Source of the DNA: Paramecium tetraurelia
Taxonomy: Eukaryota
Length of the DNA: 64,000 nt
Assembly: GCA_000165425.1 (NCBI GenBank)
Contig: CT868152.1
Span: 248,001 to 312,000, forward strand
Direction of reading: 5' to 3'
Shown here: positions 27,465 to 43,393 of the stretch, piece by piece
Position numbering within the stretch: position 1 is the first letter of the stretch
How the letters are laid out: each line of letters opens with the position of its first letter
Notes under the pieces: model-generated
Database searches by the model: none
The model's input: the letters and a program-made list of their open reading frames with translations, nothing else
Told to the model about the DNA's origin: nothing
Translations under genes and position numbers: made by a program

Positions 27465-28575
27465 TCAATCATCAAACAACTTTCTTGAACAAGGCTCAAA
27501 ACATCTTTGAATTTCCTCTAAGTCAACCTATTCTATAGTTTTAGGATTAAATTTAGGCTCGTAGGATGTGTCAACAAGTAAACTTCTTAAGCCTTCAACA
27601 AAATCGGGTCTCGCAGCAACTTTGTCCAAAATGGACTATTCCATCTTGAGATTATCCTTAAGGGATAATTTTGCCTTCTTGTTTCTCATAAATAATTCAT
27701 AGAATGCATAAACACTAAAAGCACTATTTTTTCTAATTTGAGCAGCTTATTCTGGGAATTGTGCTTCCATAGCAGACATTATGGATGGCAAAGAAGATAA
27801 ACTCAATACATTTAAAAATTATTTAGGCACTTCAAATTCTGTTTAATTTAAATAACAATATCTTTGGAGTAAGAACTCTTTTATAGATTCTTCATCTCTT
27901 AAGTAATGAGCTTGTTCAATTTCCATCTCAATTTCAGGGATGCATTCACTATCAATTAGATAGTCAGCAATACCTAAATGAGCCATCTTTAAGCCATCAA
28001 GTTATTCCCCACTCATACCTAAATACATACCGTAGTTTTTGTAAATTTTACTAAATTTTAAGGCACTTCCTCCATCAGGTACCATACCTAATTTACAATG
28101 AGGCATAACAAAAGTTGTATTTTCTGTTGCTATTTTCAAACGAGAATTAATTCCGAATGCAGCACCTATTCCCGATGTAGGTCCATTCATAATGGAAATT
28201 GTAATACTCTTATTTGAGCCTATAGCATGAACAGCTTTTTTCTATTAATCTCCAAAGAGGCTAAATTTAGATACATCTCTTAATTGACCATTAGTGGATA
28301 AATTTGATAAGTCATTTGTATTTTGAGGGACATTCAATATATGTCTAGTGTTATTTAATAAAGTACTCATAGTCTGCTCCTGAGGCAAAGGTATTGCCAA
28401 CCCCTTTCAGAATAGTCACCACAGCGTGTTCATTCCAGAATTTACTACTTTCAAGAATGTCTTCGCACATTTCAAGATTGACAGCGTTAAGTTTATCTAG
28501 TCTATTAAAATAAGTAGTGGACAGCCCATCCTTGATTTTATTTATTATGCAATTATTTTTGGCGATATGTCTCAT
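27465..28575 (-). CDS. HIBCH: 3-hydroxyisobutyryl-CoA hydrolase-like (crotonase family)
   Basis: FNRLDKLNAVNLEM, FASGAD, ATENTTFVMPHCKLGMVPDGG, PDFVEGLRSLLVD. Confidence 0.82.
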
Positions 28576-29206
28576 TAAACTTAAAATAGGTTTTCCTCCT
28601 AAAATAAAAATTATTAAATAAATAAATTTGGTATCATTTATTAATAACTCACATAAAAGTGTTAAGCTAAAATATCAGAACAAATGAGTATTGATTAAGA
28701 TATTGTTAGGTGATGAATATTTAAGATTTTTATAACTCTAAAATAATTTGAGATTCAAAAGAATTGACATAAATCTTATATATAAATTTGTTTAATTATT
28801 TAAATGTTTTAAATTGGAAACATATGAAATAAATATAAATTGAATCATAAAATAAAATGGATTAATATTATCATTGTTTATCAGGCATCATTTTCACAAA
28901 AGTATACACTTTTTAATTGCTTTGGATATTTACATTTATATTAAGGGTTCTTTGGATGATAAGAATGGAATGTTGAGTGAAAACAGTTAAAATTTTAGTT
29001 TAAAGCTGACATAATAAATTTGGAGATATCTGAAATTGAATTGGAAAATGGAGGATGGTTGATGTTTATTTAATTGTATGTACTTCATCATCAAATAATC
29101 GATTTTGGATTTAAGAATAAACATCTTTAAATCTTTTCTGATTAATACTGTATTTGGTTATATAAGAAGTACCATAATTAAAGCTTATTAAATAAAACCT
29201 TTAATA

Positions 29207-30807
29207 ATGAGAAAATTCTTAAAATACTCGCTTGGATTAGGATTAGGAGCCTTTGGTTATGATGAGTATAATGAAAGGTATTTATGTATTTAAAGGAATT
29301 TAGTAAAATAATTAGAAGAAATGCGAATACCATTCGTTGTGGATTGAATATTCTATACTAATACAAAATCAGATTTAATGCAGAGAATGCAAACGATGTT
29401 CATGAAACAGTGGCTAAGGATATCTATGAAACTTGTATAAGGAATGATGGATTATATGTTAAATTTGGATAGGGAATTGCTGCATCTGAACATTTGTTGC
29501 CTCCTCCTTATTTCAAATGGATGAGTTTACTTCAAGACAAAGCAAAAGCAGTTAGTTTTAAGAGAGTTAGAGAGATATTGGAAGAAGAAACTGGGAGAAA
29601 AATTGAAGAGATTTTTGATGAATTTGATGAAATTCCTATTGCATCTGCCAGCATAGCTTAGGTTCACAAGGCAAAGTTAAAGAATGGAGATGTTGTTGCA
29701 GTAAAGGTTTAGAAACCAAACATAAAGAAGCAATTTGGAAGTGATATGTTTATGCATCATGTAATTTGTGGAGTATTGTAATATGCATTTGACATGCCCT
29801 TATTACAATTTCAAGAATCAATTCAATCTAATTTGAAAAAAGAAATAGACTTTAGGATTGAATTAGAGAATGGAGAAATCAGCAGAAGGGCATTACAAAT
29901 AATAGGGAGAAAAGATGTTCACATTCCAAAATTTTATGAGGAATTGAATACATAAAGAATTCTGGTTTCTGAGTGGATTGATGGAATCAAAATATCGAAG
30001 CAAGATGAAATTCAAAAGCTTGGTTTCAACACAAAATAAATTATGGATACAGTGATAAGTGCTTTTGCTGAGTAAATATTTATCTCAGGATTTGTTCATT
30101 GCGATCCTCATCCAGGAAACATTTTTATTAGACCTAAGCCTGGAAACAACAAGCAATATGAAGTTGTGTTGTTGGATTTTGGATTATGCATCAAATTAGA
30201 AAATTAATTCAGAATGGATTATTCAGAGTTTTGGACTTCATTATTCTTACAAGATTTTACTAAACTTAAATAAATAGTAACAAAATGGGGAATTGGCAAT
30301 GAGGAGATGTTTGCATCTATGTAATTAATGAAACCTTATCAAATGAAACAACCAGTTCATTGTCATCAAGTAACTAAAGAGGATGTTATGAAATTATAAT
30401 TAAAAATGAAAGATGAAATCAGAGAAATGATGAAATAAACTGATCTATTTCCAAAGGATTTGCTTTTTGTTAATAGAAATATGAATCTTGTTAGATCTGT
30501 CAATAAAAGATGTGGTAGTCTTGTAAATAGAATCAATATTATGGCAAGATATGCTTAACAAGGTACCTAATAATTTAATGATATTCTTGAATCTTAAAAA
30601 TTCAACAGAAAATATCACTCAAGTATCATGTTTGAACTCAGATTATGGGTCTCTGGATTAGTCTATTCATTACTCTCGATCTGGCTCAAGTGGAAGAAAA
30701 ATCAAAAGGTTGAAGATTTCTTAGAGCAAAAGTAAAAAGAATAATTTTAAGGAATACACGAATAATATGGTTTTAAAACTCCTGATGAAAAAACTTTTGA
30801 TGCTTGA
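29207..30807 (+). CDS. ABC1/ADCK (UbiB) atypical kinase
   Basis: GLYVKFGQ, PIASASIAQVHKA, VAVKVQ, GFVHCDPHPGN, LLDFG. Confidence 0.92.
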
Positions 30808-31019
30808 TTGTCCTTTTTATGTTTATATCTATATATATTTTGGATATATTATTATATAATATAATCTATAATAGATTATGATTATGACATATCTAATATT
30901 TTCAATCCAAATATGCTTGAATTATTCACGATTCCTCCCCTCCCCCATGAAAATAGAATAATCATACAGTAAAACAAAGTTTAATTTGAATAGTTTAATA
31001 ATTATAATAAGTAATTTAT

Positions 31020-31585
31020 ATGGCTGGAAACTTTTTTAAAGGAACTTCAACAGATTAAGATTCTCGATTTGGTGATAAGGAGCGTAAACTTATTATGAAC
31101 AAGTAATGGCCAGAAGTTTTCAATCGCAAGCTGAATATGAAAAATGTATAATTTATGTATATCGACTAGATTGATTTATCAGTGATAAAGCCTTGGATTG
31201 AAAAGAAAATGATATAGTATATTGGAATAGAAGATGAAGTAGTTTAGAGATAAATAATTAATTACTTAGAGCAATAGAGCGAAGATATTAGGGGACCTGA
31301 TCCAAAAGTTCTAAGTATTCAAATAATGGGGTATTTTGAAAAAAATACATTGCCATTTATGACTGAACTATGGAATTTATTGGTGGATGCAGAGGGACAG
31401 GATTCAGGAATTGTAAGATGATTAAATGTTTATTTGAGCCTAACCAATTGTTGGATAGCAAGAAGTTAGAGTATGAGGAGAAGAAGAAGGAATTGCAAAG
31501 ATTGTTGGAGAGACAAAAGTTACTATATCAAGCCATTGAATACGCAGAGAAAAGCAGAAAAAAAACAAAAACTGAACAATAATGA
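31020..31585 (+). CDS. PWI-domain protein (SRRM1/SRm160 N-terminus-like), short
   Basis: FFKGTSTDQDSRFGDKE, IKPWIEKK...IGIEDEVV, PDPK, FMTELWNLL...SGIP; two introns. Confidence 0.88.
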
Positions 31586-31760
31586 ATTTAAAATATTGAA
31601 TAAGTATTAAACATTCTAAATATCTCTAAATGAGTGATGCTTCGATGGATGGATTCTAGGGGGTAAACATATTGTGTCTGGGGAGAACGATATCAATAGA
31701 GAGTTCGCAATATGAAATGCAAAGTCAAACTATATTATAAATGTACTATTGTAATTGATT

Positions 31761-32110
31761 TCAATCAAACAAACCTCCCATATCAACATCTTCTTCAGGC
31801 TCTGGGTCCTTTGGTTTTTCAACTGCTTTTGGTGCTTCAGCTGGTTTAGCAGCAGCCTAAGTGGTTTAAGCAGCTGGGGCTGAGCCTTGTCCTCCTCCGA
31901 CGGAGAGTAAACTGAGGATGTCCTTACCCTCGAAAGCTTTAACGAATGCGGCTGCCAATTATTTTGGAACATTGACTCCTGCCTGTAAATCATTTCAAAT
32001 ATGTGAAATACTTTTTTGGTCAATTTCTCAACATTGTCAGCTGTTAATGGAGTATTTGAACCTGCCAATAGAAGTGCTGCATATGCTACTGCCTATGGTT
32101 ATTGAGCCAT
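31761..32110 (-). CDS. RPLP1: 60S acidic ribosomal protein P1
   Basis: AYAALLLAGSNTPLTADNVEKLTKKAGVNV...FVKAFEGKDI, Ala/Pro hinge, C-terminal EEDVDMGGLFD. Confidence 0.9.
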
Positions 32111-32255
32111 TATGTTTATAATTATATTTTTAAATTAAAAGATTTCCTTGTTTAATTAAATGCAAACACTTCTTATGTAAATAATATGAAAACTCACGTA
32201 TTAATGTCCATTTAAAGTCCAATGCTATCTTTACCATGGCGGCATATTAATTTAT

Positions 32256-33787
<1,532 letters not shown>

Positions 33788-33891
33788 TTTGGTTTTTTAA
33801 GACATTAATAATATAATTATTAAACATTTAAATAAACTAGTGTAATCTTCATAGTAATATTAATTTAATAAGAATGATATCATTATTAATT

Positions 33892-35602
33892 TCAAAATAT
33901 TAAATTCAAAGAATGTAAGATTTTACGTACAAATTGCATCCAAATATCATATCTCATTTTTGGAGTTTTCATTTTTGGTAATGGCAAAAACGTTGTTACT
34001 TTTTCATACAACTTTTCTGCTTTTCTAAATTTTTCTAATCTGCAAGTTCTTTTAATCTATTGATATTCCGTATTCTATTTCTTCATATCCTCAGCAATGG
34101 TTGATAATCTTTTGATAATTACCATCTTGTTTTTTATTTTGAACTAATCTGTTTCAATCGAGAATACTACTGGTGGAAGATAAGTCACTTCTCCGATGCC
34201 TCCAAAGCAAAAGATATTTGAGGCAAACACGCAACTACAATGACTCCATCTTTTGGTCATTAACCCTTATCTCTTTACTTGAATCCATTGACTTAAAATC
34301 AAATTGAATAACACAATTTCATTTTAATACTCCTATATTGCTTATGATCTACCTCCAATCAAAATCAAACTATCATTTATACACGCCATAGTATGATTAT
34401 ACCTCCCTTAAGGAGCTACTCCAATTCCCTAGACTCTCTCCCAACTTTACGGAGCTTATCCAGAGAAAACCAACCTCATCAAAGGAAATGAACCCAAAGA
34501 TTTAGTTTTACCACCAAACAAATAAATAGTGTCTACATTTCTCTTAAAATCGAAGGCTTCACAAATGGCATGCTATGCTATTCCCTCATCAAAATATATC
34601 TTAGATCCTAACCACCTTCTGGAATCCAAAGAATACATCAGTGTATCATTTAATAATTATTCACCAGAATCTAAACCACCTGTTATGATCATATATTTCC
34701 CCATATACAAAGCAGCCTTATGCTCTCTTCTGGGTTCAACAGATTCTAATGTGATTGACCATTGATTGATTTGAGTATTAAAATAAGCAAGAGTTGAATA
34801 AACTTACCGTATTTTCATCTTATGGTCATAATAGCCACTTCCCCCAAAGACAATCAGCATGTGTTTCCAGGCTATCATAGAATGATTCGTAACTTTCAAA
34901 TTGATGTCTGATTGATGTAACTGCCATTCTTATTTTTCTAAATTGATAAACCTATGTATTACTTATATCATAAGACCACAAATCACTGCTTAAACCTGCC
35001 CCACTCATTCCTCCGAAAACATAAACCTTATCTCTGATAACAGCTATTTGTGCTGACTCTCTTCTGCTAGGAATTGCATATGAATAAGCATTTAAAGCCT
35101 CTTCAAAAAAAGAGATGTTAGTTTCTTGTTTGTTTTTTGTTTAAGCTGGCATTTATTAAAGGTACATCAAATTTGAATAATCTTCTAAATTACTGCCCAT
35201 TTGCCTCTCTAGATTTCTGACAGTGTATTGTTCTTTATTTGCTATTACCCTTTGATGACAATTAAATTTATTCCTCATATTGCTCATATCTCTCATTGTT
35301 ATTGACATTTTAGTTTATTCTAATTCCAAAAAACTCTGCTAGATAAATTCCAATTAGTATTTGTTAACTTAAAGTTTGTCTACTTTTTTCTCGGGAGATT
35401 TACTCGAAGTAACACACTTACTGAAATGCAGTGAAATATCTTCGAGAGTACTATTTTCTATAGAAGGTAACAATAATTTGTTTTTTCTATTATCATGAAT
35501 TCTTTGTTGACTATGGTATTCATCTCTTCTTAATTTGTTCAGAGTAACCTATTCAAAGTAAGGAGAATAGTTTGCTTCTGTCCTTTTAGAATCGTAATTC
35601 AT
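33892..35602 (-). CDS. Kelch-repeat protein; 3' end approximate
   Basis: Repeated GG-type kelch motifs (VYVFGGM, LIVFGG, MIITGG, IYLFGG, LILIGG) with P-x-x-R-x-x-H-like segments. Confidence 0.82.
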
Positions 35603-35643
35603 AAATTAAATTCATTCATTTTATATGATGATTACAATATTGT

Positions 35644-37138
35644 TCATTGAATTAATTTCCAATCCTCTCCCCTGATACATGCCTCTACTTATGCTATGGA
35701 TCTTGGCACCAGATTTAGTATTTCAGGACCATTGGCTGTCAAAGCAATGTCATCTTCCAATCTAACTCCACCCACATACATGAATTCTGAAATCTTTTCT
35801 TAATTCAAGAACCTGGCTTTGGTTTCATCTTTAAATGCCTCCTAAATTATGAAATCAACAAAGTAGATGCCAGGTTCATTTGAAAATACCATTCCAACCT
35901 CTAAGTCTCTCCTAAATCTCAAAGATTACAACTCTATATTCATATATATATACTTAATACCTGGAATTCTAGGAGGACATCCTTTGTTATATCCACCAAC
36001 ATCATGGGTTCTCATTCCCAACAAATGACCCAATCCATGACAGAAGAAGATCTTGCCAATTCTATTTTGCATTAATTCCTCTATTGTTCCTACCAATAAA
36101 CCAGCATCCAATAGATGTTAAACAATTACTCTTTCAGCTAAAAAGTGCATGTCTCCCCAATTGACTCCCACTTTAAGAGATGCAAACACTTGTCTCTAAG
36201 CATCCAGTACTGCATTATAAATAATTGATTATTTCTCATCAAATTTGCCATTACTTGGAAATGTGACAGTGATATCACTGTTATATCCATAATATCTTGC
36301 ACCCATGTCTGTCAATATTAATTATTTGTCTTCAATTGTTTTGTCATTCTCAATGTAATGTAATGTAGATCCTCCTGTTCCTGAGGCACAAATACATTCG
36401 TATGGTGTGAATCTACATCCACTGTAAACAAAATTGTGATATTTGAATAGAGCCTCCATTTGATACTCCTTATTTCCAACTCTGATTTTACGCATCACGT
36501 TCTCATGCGATTCACTTGCCAACAGAGCCACATATCTGAGTATTTCAATCTCTTAATCAGTCTTCGTTACTCTACACTCATTCAATGTCCAATACAACTC
36601 TTCCTCGTCCACCTTGTACTTTGAGAGATATGGGAATTAAGGATACGATGATATCAATTTAGAGTCAGAATCTTATCCCTTGTATATGAATAATTTTGAT
36701 GGTGCTCTTTTCTCAATCCATTATTCCAATTAATCAACGTACAACACATCGTCTAATCTGTATTTTTCTTTGATTTCTTCGTTACTGAAAACGACCATCC
36801 ACATTTTATATGATTCAGGATATTTAGGTACAAAAACTGTCACTTTTCCTGATTCCACTTCCAATATTCCATAACAATCCAGCAAGTCACATCCAAAGAT
36901 ATACTTGAAATTACTCTCTTGTTCCACTCGATATTATTAATCTAAAAGTTATTATTACAATATTTTTACCATCATCATGTTTATCAATTGACTCCGCCCC
37001 TTTGAGAAATACAATACTGTTGTTTGCTTACTCTCCTAATTGTTTTTTGAAGAAATCTAGAAATTTCTTTCTGAGGTTTGAATGAAAATCATGGGGAACA
37101 GGGTACTCTTTTGGCAATGGGATTGGATTCTAGTCCAT
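35644..37138 (-). CDS. PEPD: Xaa-Pro dipeptidase (prolidase, M24B)
   Basis: QESNFKYIFG, YECICASG...LHY, DMGARYYGYNSDIT, HGLGHLLGMRTHDVGGY, EPGIYF, GGVRLEDD. Confidence 0.93.
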
Positions 37139-37199
37139 ATTTTAATATTATTTTTAATAATACATCATTGATTATTAATTCTTTCTCAAATTTAATTTC

Positions 37200-38269
37200 C
37201 TATTGTAACAAATCCTTTAATTAATTTAAGGAATTATCGAATCTAAATATCGTGTATCTTTCTCGCTTTTAATTTGGTTTAAAGGGGGCTCAACCTATTG
37301 TTTGTACATTACTTCGAGGTCGATATCTTCAAAAAAATGTCGAAGGATTTCGGCAGCTCGCTTAAACCCTAGACAATTTTAAACATGAATGAAACTCTCT
37401 ATTATGAAAGCCATTTTCAGTTAATCTTTCTATCAAGTCAACTGCCTTTTAACTCAACATTTAAAAAATTCAAAACTAAAACAGTCTCTTATCTGCTGCT
37501 AATACAAATGGAACACAATGGGTCCACATATATCTAATTAATTAGAATTCCCTATGTAATTTTAGACACTTATTTAAAATGAATATCAAACTACACAATC
37601 ATAGGGCCTTTGTGAGATTAATATTTCAGGTGCAATATACTCTGGCTTTTTCAAAAGCTGTATAAGAATAATAAATGACTATTCTGCTTCTCTATAATCT
37701 AACCAAATTTATATTGAATAAACCAAAGTCTGCCAATTTGATATGTCCAAATTAATCCAATAAAATAATTATTCTAGTTCTAAATCTCAATATATAATTC
37801 TTTTTTCCTGCAGATAATTTGAATGCTAAAATTAATTCATCTGCATAAAATCTGCTCTTTCTTTTGAAAACTACACATTTCCCTTCAATGCAAAAAAAGT
37901 CAACCATCATTAAAGAATTCTGTTCAAAAAAAACATAATTTTATTTTCAAAAGTAAAATAATGTTTTATTCAAAAAGGACTTTGTGTTTACTACAAAATC
38001 ATAATTTTCTAATTCTTTTTGTCAATATTTATTTATTGGAAAATACCACTTCTTTATGATGGGTTCTGCTAATAAGACTTTCCATAATGCTCCTGCAACA
38101 AATACCTAATGATACAAATTAGTACTACTTTGTTAAATGTGAAATTTTCAAGTTAGTAAGTTATTTCCTCTTCCTTTTTTCCCTCAGATGCTTAATCTTG
38201 TATTGGACTAGCATTCCTTATATTGTCTTCCTATTTATCTTCTTCTAAAATCCCAAAACATATACCCAT
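37200..38269 (-). pseudogene. Decayed AGC-family Ser/Thr kinase; 3' boundary approximate
   Basis: Subdomain remnants in different frames (GALWKVLLA, SRFYADELILA, GHIKLADFG, PEYIAPE) with frameshifts; TGA at 37787-37789 replaces the Arg of YRDL. Confidence 0.75.
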
Positions 38270-38296
38270 TTTTAATTAATTAAATAATAAATACAT

Positions 38297-39546
<1,250 letters not shown>

Positions 39547-39720
39547 ATTTATATAGATCTATCAAGAATAATTATAAATAACTTTATTTTCCACTAATAT
39601 TTTTACCTATTTTTAACAAAACCAATAAATTTGAATTGAACTGTTTAATTAATTGTTTCGTTTTGAATTTAGAGAACTGTATTTATATTAATAGAATCTA
39701 AATATCAACTTTTAGAGAAT

Positions 39721-41003
39721 TCATCTCACTTTTGATGACACCTTTGAGAACCCGTAAAGATTTGCAGAATTTCTTGCTATTACAACGTTACTTTTTTCAT
39801 TTTTAAAATAATTTAATGTAATTGAGAATGTTTTCTTTTCATTGGCTTTTGTCGTACTTGAGTTTAAAAAATCAAAAGCTGACAATCTTCCAGTGCTATT
39901 TCTACAACTGTTCGCATTTTTGGTGTTGATAGTTGGTTTTTCTAATGCATACAATAATTCTTAATTAATGTATAATGTTACTTTAAGAGATATCAAATTG
40001 ATTTTCACTTACTTGTTTTTCTGATTTAGATGAGACTTCCTCCACATCATTAGTGATTGGCTTCAAAGCTAGATTTAACAATTATGGTTTTTTAATCATA
40101 AATTTATTAAATAAAAACTATAAACTTTTACCGAAAGAATAGTTATAATAAAATTCATTGTTAATATAGCATTTGTCTTAATCTTTAGATTTCTTCGTTT
40201 TTTTATCTTAGTTAATCTTGTGATTCTAATAATTCATCATTCAAGAATAAATTATGTTCAATTAGTAGTTTGTTCTCTCTTTTGTAATTTTCAAGAATTA
40301 TTTTAGTTTTCGCTAAAACCTTCTTTAAATCAGAAGATGTAAATGATTATTTCTTCTGCTAATGACCTTTTAATAGAAAGGCTAGATTTTATGATTCCTT
40401 CATCTTTTGGTTTTGTTTATTCATCTATTGAAGCTTCTCAGCCAACCTTTTAGTTTTGCACACAACATCAACTAAGAGGATTATTATGTTTTATACTAAT
40501 GTATTTGTCCTTAATTGGTTTTTTATCGACTTCATCAGTCAACACACTTTGGCCATCTGCTGTCTAAGATCGGACCTAACTTGAGTCATTTTTGTTTGGA
40601 AAGTAGGAATTGTTGGCCTTTTAATTTAAAATGCTATTTGAACTATTGATGGTTGTGAGATATGACTTTAATCCTTTAGAACTACGTATTAATAATAATA
40701 CATTACACTACCTCTTATCCAAGTTGAAATTATCGAGAGAAAACCTATGTACACCGACATCATTTTTTTTATTTAAATAATGCAGGGAAGTAGACTGTTG
40801 TAAAGGGCTTCGAGCTTCATCCATTTAATGAGACCTTTTTCTTCCCTGACAATTCAAATATTTTTCGTAAAGATTCAAAAAATTATCCTATCGAAGAGGT
40901 GTTCGTTATTAGTAGGAATCTTTGTATGAATATTTCGATGCAGCTCTTCATTATCAAATTGAATTTACTTAGGAGTGTTTTATTGGCTCACTTAAGTCTT
41001 CAT
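39721..41003 (-). CDS. Hypothetical low-complexity protein
   Basis: Long code-6 ORF from ATG 41003 (MKTQVSQQNTPK...) with short introns, ending FSKVSSKVR-TGA. Confidence 0.6.
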
Positions 41004-41751
41004 TAAATAATGAAATTAATGAATTGTAAATCAAATTAATAAGCACATCATTTATTCCTAAAATTACACTAGGTAATACTGCTTTATTCTTGTTTCAATA
41101 CTATGCAACTATACGATTCTATCAGAAAAATACAATATGCCTCTATTCCATTTAATGCAGAAATAGTTAATCTAAAGATGTGAATATCAAATAAATGATT
41201 GATTGAAAGATTAGACGAGATTTGATATAAATCCTTTAGTTGATTATATTAAGAAAGTTAAAGGATTTATTCATATATATAAAACTAACAGGAATATTAT
41301 CTGAAAATAATTATAAGCTTATGATTAAATGTTGATTATTATCTAAATCTTATAAGAAATAACAATACTATTATTTAGGAGAGTCAAAGTAGAAGGATCA
41401 AACCTTAACTGTTATTGAGTGCTAAATCTTCAAAAAAAAAGTAACGCTAATATTGTGATAATAAATGGAACATCTATCATTTAACTAACCTATCAAATAA
41501 TCATATTATATATCGTATGTAGGAATCAAAGAATCAAGGAGACAAATGATAGAGTAATTACAATAGCACATTCGCATTTATCTATAGTACTGTAATAATT
41601 TATTGATTGATGATAAATATATTTGAAAGTGTATCGAATAATAAAATCTTCTTAATAATAATTTTGTCTTTATGAAGTATCATCTAAAGATAAATAACAA
41701 ATTATTAATAATTTGTTCTGTAATTTTTGTTAAACATATATATTATTAATT

Positions 41752-43118
41752 ATGATTTAAAATGATGAGAAGGTAGAATATCCTTGGGATTGTGTACTTT
41801 GTAGTTAATAAAATGCTTACTTTCTGAGAAAGTGTTAACATTGTGGAACCGTGAAGTAGCAATTCTGTCAATAAATGAAATTTGATTGTATTTACTAAAT
41901 ATAATTTAAGATCTATAAAATGATAATTAAGCATTTTCAGAGATCAATATCATAGATTTTGAATGTAATCGAGTAGAAGATAGAAGAGAAATCTTGGAAT
42001 TGCTTATATGTAAATTAAAGCTATCAGAGTCTGATTACAAAGTTGTCTTCTCCAAGCAACTAATTATTAAGCCGTATTTGATACCTCTTATCCAAAACCC
42101 AGAGTATAGCTCTATTACATAGGAATAAGCTGATTAAGGTGTTCCATTTTAACAAACCTTTTAATATTTGTCTGGAGATATATATATATTTGAGAATAAT
42201 GAGAAGGCTAAGATCTATTAAGAATAATGTTAATATCTCAATTTGTAGTGCCCAATAACAAAATACATCGAGCTTAGAAGAGTGTTCCCTAATTCTAATG
42301 GGTTATTAACATTAAATGCCATGATGAAAGAATTGAAAATACCATATTAATGTATAAATCTTTTAAAATTACTTAGCTGATTGTTTTGCTTTGGCAGAGG
42401 TTGTAAGTGAACTACTGGAGAGAGCCTATAAATTTGAGTTAAATATGTTGCAGACTTTGAAATTTCCAATACCAGAAGAGGAAGCTAGACTCTAAGGGTT
42501 TGATAATATCATCATCCTTGATTTTGAAGCTACATGTGTCAGAGAATCAGATAAGAAATACCTGTAAGAAATAATAGAGTTTCCAGCACAAGTTTATAAT
42601 GTTTAAGAAAGAAAAGTTAAAAAAGAGTTTTAGAAGTATATAAAACCAGTTGAAAACCCTATTTTAAGTGATTTTTGCACAGAACTAACAGGCATAACTT
42701 AATAATAAGTAGATGAAGGAATTCTACTTGATTAAGCAATTAATGAATTTATTGAATTTAAATAAGGATTGTAAAAATGCTGTATATTAACTTGTGGAGA
42801 TTATGATTTGCATTTACTTAAAAAAGAGGCAGCTAGAAAAGGAATCCCTATTTCAAGAGAATTACAATATTATATAAATATAAAAAAGGGTAAAATATTT
42901 ATTTATTAAAAGTATTTCCTAAAAGCTTGAGAAATCCAAAAGATCCAAAGGATCCCTGTATGGTAGAAATGTTAAAACTTTGTGGACTAGATTTGTTAGG
43001 GAGACATCATAGTGGAATTGATGATGTGAAGAATATCACAAGAATTGTTCACTATTTAATAAATGAAAAGAACTTTTAATTCGACGAGAGGATGGTATCT
43101 TATACTTTCAAACTCTGA
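41752..43118 (+). CDS. RanBP2-type zinc finger + two tandem ERI-1-like DEDDh 3'-5' exonuclease domains
   Basis: WDCVLCSQQNAYFLRKCQHC; degenerate domain starting YIIDFEC; intact domain IILDFEATC...EIIEFP...FCTELTGITQ...TCGDYD...RHHSGIDDVKNI. Confidence 0.85.
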
Positions 43119-43393
43119 TCTTGACAATTTATATTGTTTATTACAAGTTTATTACAATTTTAAACCATACTTTATAATTGTAATATTAGTTAGTCTTTAT
43201 AATCTCTAAAATAGAGTATCAATTTGAAGAGCAATTGAATATGATTGCATTTTCATCATTTAGGAAATGGCTTCTTCTCTATAAATCTAAGGGGAGAGAT
43301 ATAGCTAAATATACTATTCCAAAATAAAGTATAATTCAATTATTTTAATTCTTAATATTTGTTATAAGGAATAATATTTTAATAGCTATTGAA

